Source: Alkalispirochaeta sp. (GTDB taxonomy: Bacteria > Spirochaetota > Spirochaetia > DSM-27196 > Alkalispirochaetaceae). Taken from it: DNA of 64,000 nucleotides. A model generated the notes under the pieces. The model saw only the letters and a program-made list of their open reading frames with translations, searched no databases and was not told where the DNA came from. Positions within the stretch are counted from its first letter, which is position 1; each line of letters begins with the position of its first letter. The stretch covers positions 1,632,001 to 1,696,000 of the forward strand of contig OZ271854.1 of assembly GCA_965601925.1 (NCBI GenBank). The letters are read 5' to 3'. The translations under genes and the position numbers were made by a program. Positions 60,588-64,000 of the stretch are shown here, piece after piece.

Positions 60588-61301
60588 ATGAGCGAAGATA
60601 CGGCAACGCAACGCATCGCAACGCGGCTTCACGATGTACATAAAACTTATCCTCTAGGGCGCACGGAAGTACACGCCCTCAAAGGCGTCGGCATAACGAT
60701 TCGCGAAGGAGACTTTGCCTCGATCGCCGGTCCGAGCGGAAGCGGCAAATCGACTCTCCTCAACTTGATCGGTTGTATCGATGTACCCTCGGGTGGACTC
60801 GTGGAGGTCGTCGGTCGCAATACCGCTGAGTTGACCGATCGAGAAATAACACGCTTGCGGCATCGGGCGATAGGTTTTATCTTCCAGTCATTCAACCTGA
60901 TGCCCGTTCTCAACGTGTTTGAGAACGTTGAGTTTCCACTGCTCCTCGGCCCCAAGCCGCCGCCCAAAGCGGAGCGTCGCGAGTACGTCGGGTTTCTCAT
61001 CGAGCAGGTGGGTCTCGCCGAGTGGCGCAAACATCGCCCGTCCGAGCTTTCCGGCGGTCAGCGACAAAGGGTCGCGATCGCCCGTGCCCTCGCCACCAAG
61101 CCGCGTATCGTGTTGGCAGACGAGCCGACTGCAAATCTCGATTCCAAAACCGGCTCATCAATTATCGAACTCATGAAGCACATCAACGGCGAGCTTTCGA
61201 CGACCTTCATCTTCTCTACTCACGACCCGACGATCGTCGAGATCGCCGATCACGTTGTGAGACTCCATGACGGCGAAGTGGTAGAAGACAGTCGTCAATA
61301 A
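60588..61301 (+). CDS. ABC transporter ATP-binding protein (LolD/MacB-like)
   Basis: GPSGSGKST, FIFQSFNL, LSGGQRQRVAIARAL, LADEPTANLD and STHD. Confidence 0.95.
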   Translation: MSEDTATQRIATRLHDVHKTYPLGRTEVHALKGVGITIREGDFASIAGPSGSGKSTLLNLIGCIDVPSGGLVEVVGRNTAELTDREITRLRHRAIGFIFQSFNLMPVLNVFENVEFPLLLGPKPPPKAERREYVGFLIEQVGLAEWRKHRPSELSGGQRQRVAIARALATKPRIVLADEPTANLDSKTGSSIIELMKHINGELSTTFIFSTHDPTIVEIADHVVRLHDGEVVEDSRQ

Positions 61302-61351
61302 TCCGATGGACGTGCCCGATACCGTCGCGGCGATCGGGTACCGGCGGCACG

Positions 61352-62587
61352 CTACACGGTTTCGTCCAACAAACGCTCGTAGAGCGACTCGATCTGCCGG
61401 ACCATCGACTCGACCGTCCATGTGTCGTTTACTTTGTCACGTCCCGCCGTGCCCATGCGGAGCCTCAAGTCGACGTCGGCAACGAGTCGATATAACCGCT
61501 CTTGTATTGCGTCGACATCACGCATCGGTACGACCCAACCGTTGACGTCGTCCTCAACGACCTCATATGCGCCGTCACACGCGAATGTAACCACCGGTTT
61601 TCCCGCCGCGGCGGCCTGTACCAAGACGCGTGGCAGGCCCTCCCACAACGACGTAAGAACCACCACATCGCATATTGCAAACATATTCTCGACGTCTCGG
61701 CGATATCCGGTAAACACCGTCCTCTCGTCTAAGCCGAGCGTCTGCGCTTGAGCGCGGAGGTTCGTCTCCTCGGGCCCGTCTCCTACGATGACGAACCACG
61801 GTCTGGTATCCAGACCCTGAGACTCGACGGCGTCGAGAACGCCGCGCGCCGCCTCGAGGAAGAAGCGATGACCCTTGCGCCGCTCCATGCGCGAGATGTT
61901 CGCGAGGACGATCGCATCCTCGGGTATGCCGAACTCCGCGCGGATCGCACGACGTTCGCCTTCGCCGATAGCTGCCGCGGCGGTGTACCGCGACAGCTCC
62001 ATACCGCTGTGGATTACCGTGTAACGTGCCGCATCTCCGACGCGTGCCGCGATATATTGCTTGCGCAAGTCGTCTCCGACGGATACAAAATGCGTCGTAT
62101 AGCGCGCAACACGGCGCTCCACCGCTCGGTACATCGCTCGCGCCACGGGATGCATTTGCGGGCTGAAAGTGTGGCCGTGGATACCGTTGATAATGACGGG
62201 AACACCCTCTTTGTGAGCCGCCATGCGGGCCAGGATGCCCGCCTTGGCACCGTGGGTGTGGACGATGTGGTACCCACCCTCTCTCATGATGCGACGCAAA
62301 CTCGCACGGGCTCGCAGGTCTTGTACGCCGGGATTACGCGTTAACGCCGGAACGCGGTGCACCGTAACGTCATCCGCAATGCTTAACTTCTCAACGCGAT
62401 CCTCATCGTCTTCCGCGGAGCCGCCGATCGCCAAATCGACTTTCCAGCGTTCACCGGCGAGGCCGTTGACGCTGTAGATCGTGTTTTCCGCAGCCCCGCC
62501 GTTAGCCAGACGAGTAATGACGTGCAGAACCCGAGTCGGTGCGTGTGCAGCGTGCTCTTCGCCGGATGTAGCGACCGTGTCGACCAT
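61352..62587 (-). CDS. GT4 glycosyltransferase
   Basis: VLHVITRL..GGA, VHTHGAKAG, RKGH and SLWEGLPRVLVQAAAAGKPVV. Confidence 0.92.
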   Translation of the reverse strand: MVDTVATSGEEHAAHAPTRVLHVITRLANGGAAENTIYSVNGLAGERWKVDLAIGGSAEDDEDRVEKLSIADDVTVHRVPALTRNPGVQDLRARASLRRIMREGGYHIVHTHGAKAGILARMAAHKEGVPVIINGIHGHTFSPQMHPVARAMYRAVERRVARYTTHFVSVGDDLRKQYIAARVGDAARYTVIHSGMELSRYTAAAAIGEGERRAIRAEFGIPEDAIVLANISRMERRKGHRFFLEAARGVLDAVESQGLDTRPWFVIVGDGPEETNLRAQAQTLGLDERTVFTGYRRDVENMFAICDVVVLTSLWEGLPRVLVQAAAAGKPVVTFACDGAYEVVEDDVNGWVVPMRDVDAIQERLYRLVADVDLRLRMGTAGRDKVNDTWTVESMVRQIESLYERLLDETV

Positions 62588-63999
62588 CAGTAGCGCAACG
62601 TAATCTGGAAATTAACGTAGTGATTCACCTCGTCATCTCCGGCAACGGTCTCATACACCACCACATCGGCGTCACCGTCGGCCGAGTCTACGCCTGGAGC
62701 CGTCGTCCCCGTGGAGCGATAGCTGAGCGGTCCCTGGATGTATTCGAACTGGTATCCCGCCTCGAGGACGAAGGTCGTACGAGGGAGCGGAATCGTGTAC
62801 GCGACGTCAATACCGGTCTGAAAGACGTACTCGATGTTGTCCTGATTGAGGAATCGAAGATCGTCCTGGAACGAGAGGCGGCCGGTCTCTACGTAGATGT
62901 CGTCGCCATCGACCTGGAAGTGGTAGTACCGCCCGTCGTCGGTGATCGATCCGTCGTGGCCGGCCAGATTTAAATCCTCGATTCCTTCCGACGCATTGGC
63001 GTGGCGGATCATACGACCGACGATCGTCGTGCTGAGTCGCGGCAACGGCTGAAACGTCGCTTGAAGGGTCAGTCTGTCGGAGTTCGGGTCCAGGCCGGGG
63101 CCGAGGCTCTCGCCCTGATGAGTGTAACTTGTGTAGTTGGGAACCGGCTCGTACACACCGCCTTCACCGTCGTGTGTGTACATATAGGGAAACAGCGCCA
63201 AGTAGTCGAATTGCACGCGGCGCAACAAGCGGTGTGTCGGTGTCCAAATCACACCCGTGTGTACCCCGAGTTTGAGCTTCGTGTCGAAGTTGAACTGCGC
63301 CAAGTCGTTGAAGCTTGCGTCGTCCACGTATACGACAAACGGCAGTTGTACGTCGCGACGAGGCTGGACCAGCGCGCTCAACCCCATCTTGGAGCTATCG
63401 GCAAAGCCCACGTTACCTTGGGCGTTGAACGTCCACTTGAGCGGCATCAGATACGCCAGTTCGAATCGCGGCCCCCAGGTCACCGACTCAAAAAAGGCGA
63501 CGCTCAACCACGGCAACGCCTGCCATCGGTAGTCCTGGATGAAGACCCATTTGCCCGGGTGCTCCTCGGGATCTCGTACAAAGTCCAGGTCGCCTGAAGG
63601 CGCTACAACGTCGGTGTTGGCCTCATCGTCGTTAAAAGGCGTGCTCTCTTCATACAGTTGCGTCGCCGTGAGCGAAAAGAGTCCCGCGCTGAAGCGAAAG
63701 TTTCCTCGATGCCAGGAGGTAACCAATCCCGGCGACTGGAACGCGTACGGACTCAGGACGATGCCGTCATCGTGGAGCGGGCCGAACGAGCGTCTCATGA
63801 TGCCGGCGTGGAGGTACAGGGACTCGGTACCCCACACGAACGAAGTATTCACCTGACTCAACGCCGCGAAGTCGCGTCCCGCTACGCTGATCTCCGACCA
63901 GTCGTCGTTGATGTCCCAATCGGTGCGGCGGCCTTCCGGGAGCAGTTCGCCGTCTTCTACGTCGAGAAGAAGTCCGGCTATGCTTCCCGCGACGGTAAC
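62587..63999 (-). CDS. Wzi-like (capsule assembly) outer-membrane protein, 5'-truncated by window edge
   Basis: Frame is open to the window end; FFESVTWG.RFELAYL.P, YVDD, YTHQGESLGPGLDPNSD, and terminal beta-signal-like FQITLRY. Confidence 0.6.
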   Translation of the reverse strand, partial: VTVAGSIAGLLLDVEDGELLPEGRRTDWDINDDWSEISVAGRDFAALSQVNTSFVWGTESLYLHAGIMRRSFGPLHDDGIVLSPYAFQSPGLVTSWHRGNFRFSAGLFSLTATQLYEESTPFNDDEANTDVVAPSGDLDFVRDPEEHPGKWVFIQDYRWQALPWLSVAFFESVTWGPRFELAYLMPLKWTFNAQGNVGFADSSKMGLSALVQPRRDVQLPFVVYVDDASFNDLAQFNFDTKLKLGVHTGVIWTPTHRLLRRVQFDYLALFPYMYTHDGEGGVYEPVPNYTSYTHQGESLGPGLDPNSDRLTLQATFQPLPRLSTTIVGRMIRHANASEGIEDLNLAGHDGSITDDGRYYHFQVDGDDIYVETGRLSFQDDLRFLNQDNIEYVFQTGIDVAYTIPLPRTTFVLEAGYQFEYIQGPLSYRSTGTTAPGVDSADGDADVVVYETVAGDDEVNHYVNFQITLRY

Positions 64000-64000
64000 G

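Noticed and set aside
1..64000. CRISPR array, tRNA/rRNA, integrase/transposase, defence system
   Set aside because: No regularly spaced repeats, RNA-gene signatures or such protein motifs were recognised by eye; a covariance-model search was not possible.

Overview
GC-rich bacterial chromosome segment, most likely from a free-living spirochaete. This is inferred from FAGG/AGG-type signal-peptide ends, a stand-alone RRM protein, stand-alone PilZ and STAS genes, and a LolA-like/FtsX exporter cluster. From left to right: (1) dnaX (5'-truncated)-ybaB/ebfC-recR. (2) A sigma-less partner-switching module (STAS, STAS-HATPase fusion, convergent CBS-PP2C phosphatase). (3) Small genes: thioredoxin-like, DUF1349 with an apparent ATA start, PilZ, RRM, an unannotated frameshifted small protein, and a GNAT. 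(4) A ROK-regulated sugar ABC operon with a GH20 hexosaminidase and a NamZ/DUF1343 muramidase, consistent with peptidoglycan-glycan scavenging. (5) A PfkB kinase. (6) A ~36 kb, lower-GC Wzx/Wzy surface-polysaccharide locus (about 18.4-54.1 kb) led by a wHTH regulator with two GTTCA-N5-TGAAC operators. It encodes diacetamido-uronic acid, ManNAcA and bacillosamine-type pathways, two AsnB-type amidotransferases, and a deacetylase-like gene broken at a T9 tract. (7) An inverted wzz, a five-gene ABC exporter/outer-membrane cluster, a GT4, and a 5'-truncated Wzi-like outer-membrane protein. No rRNA, tRNA, CRISPR array, integrase or transposase was recognised. All functional calls come from motifs read by eye; no database search was run.
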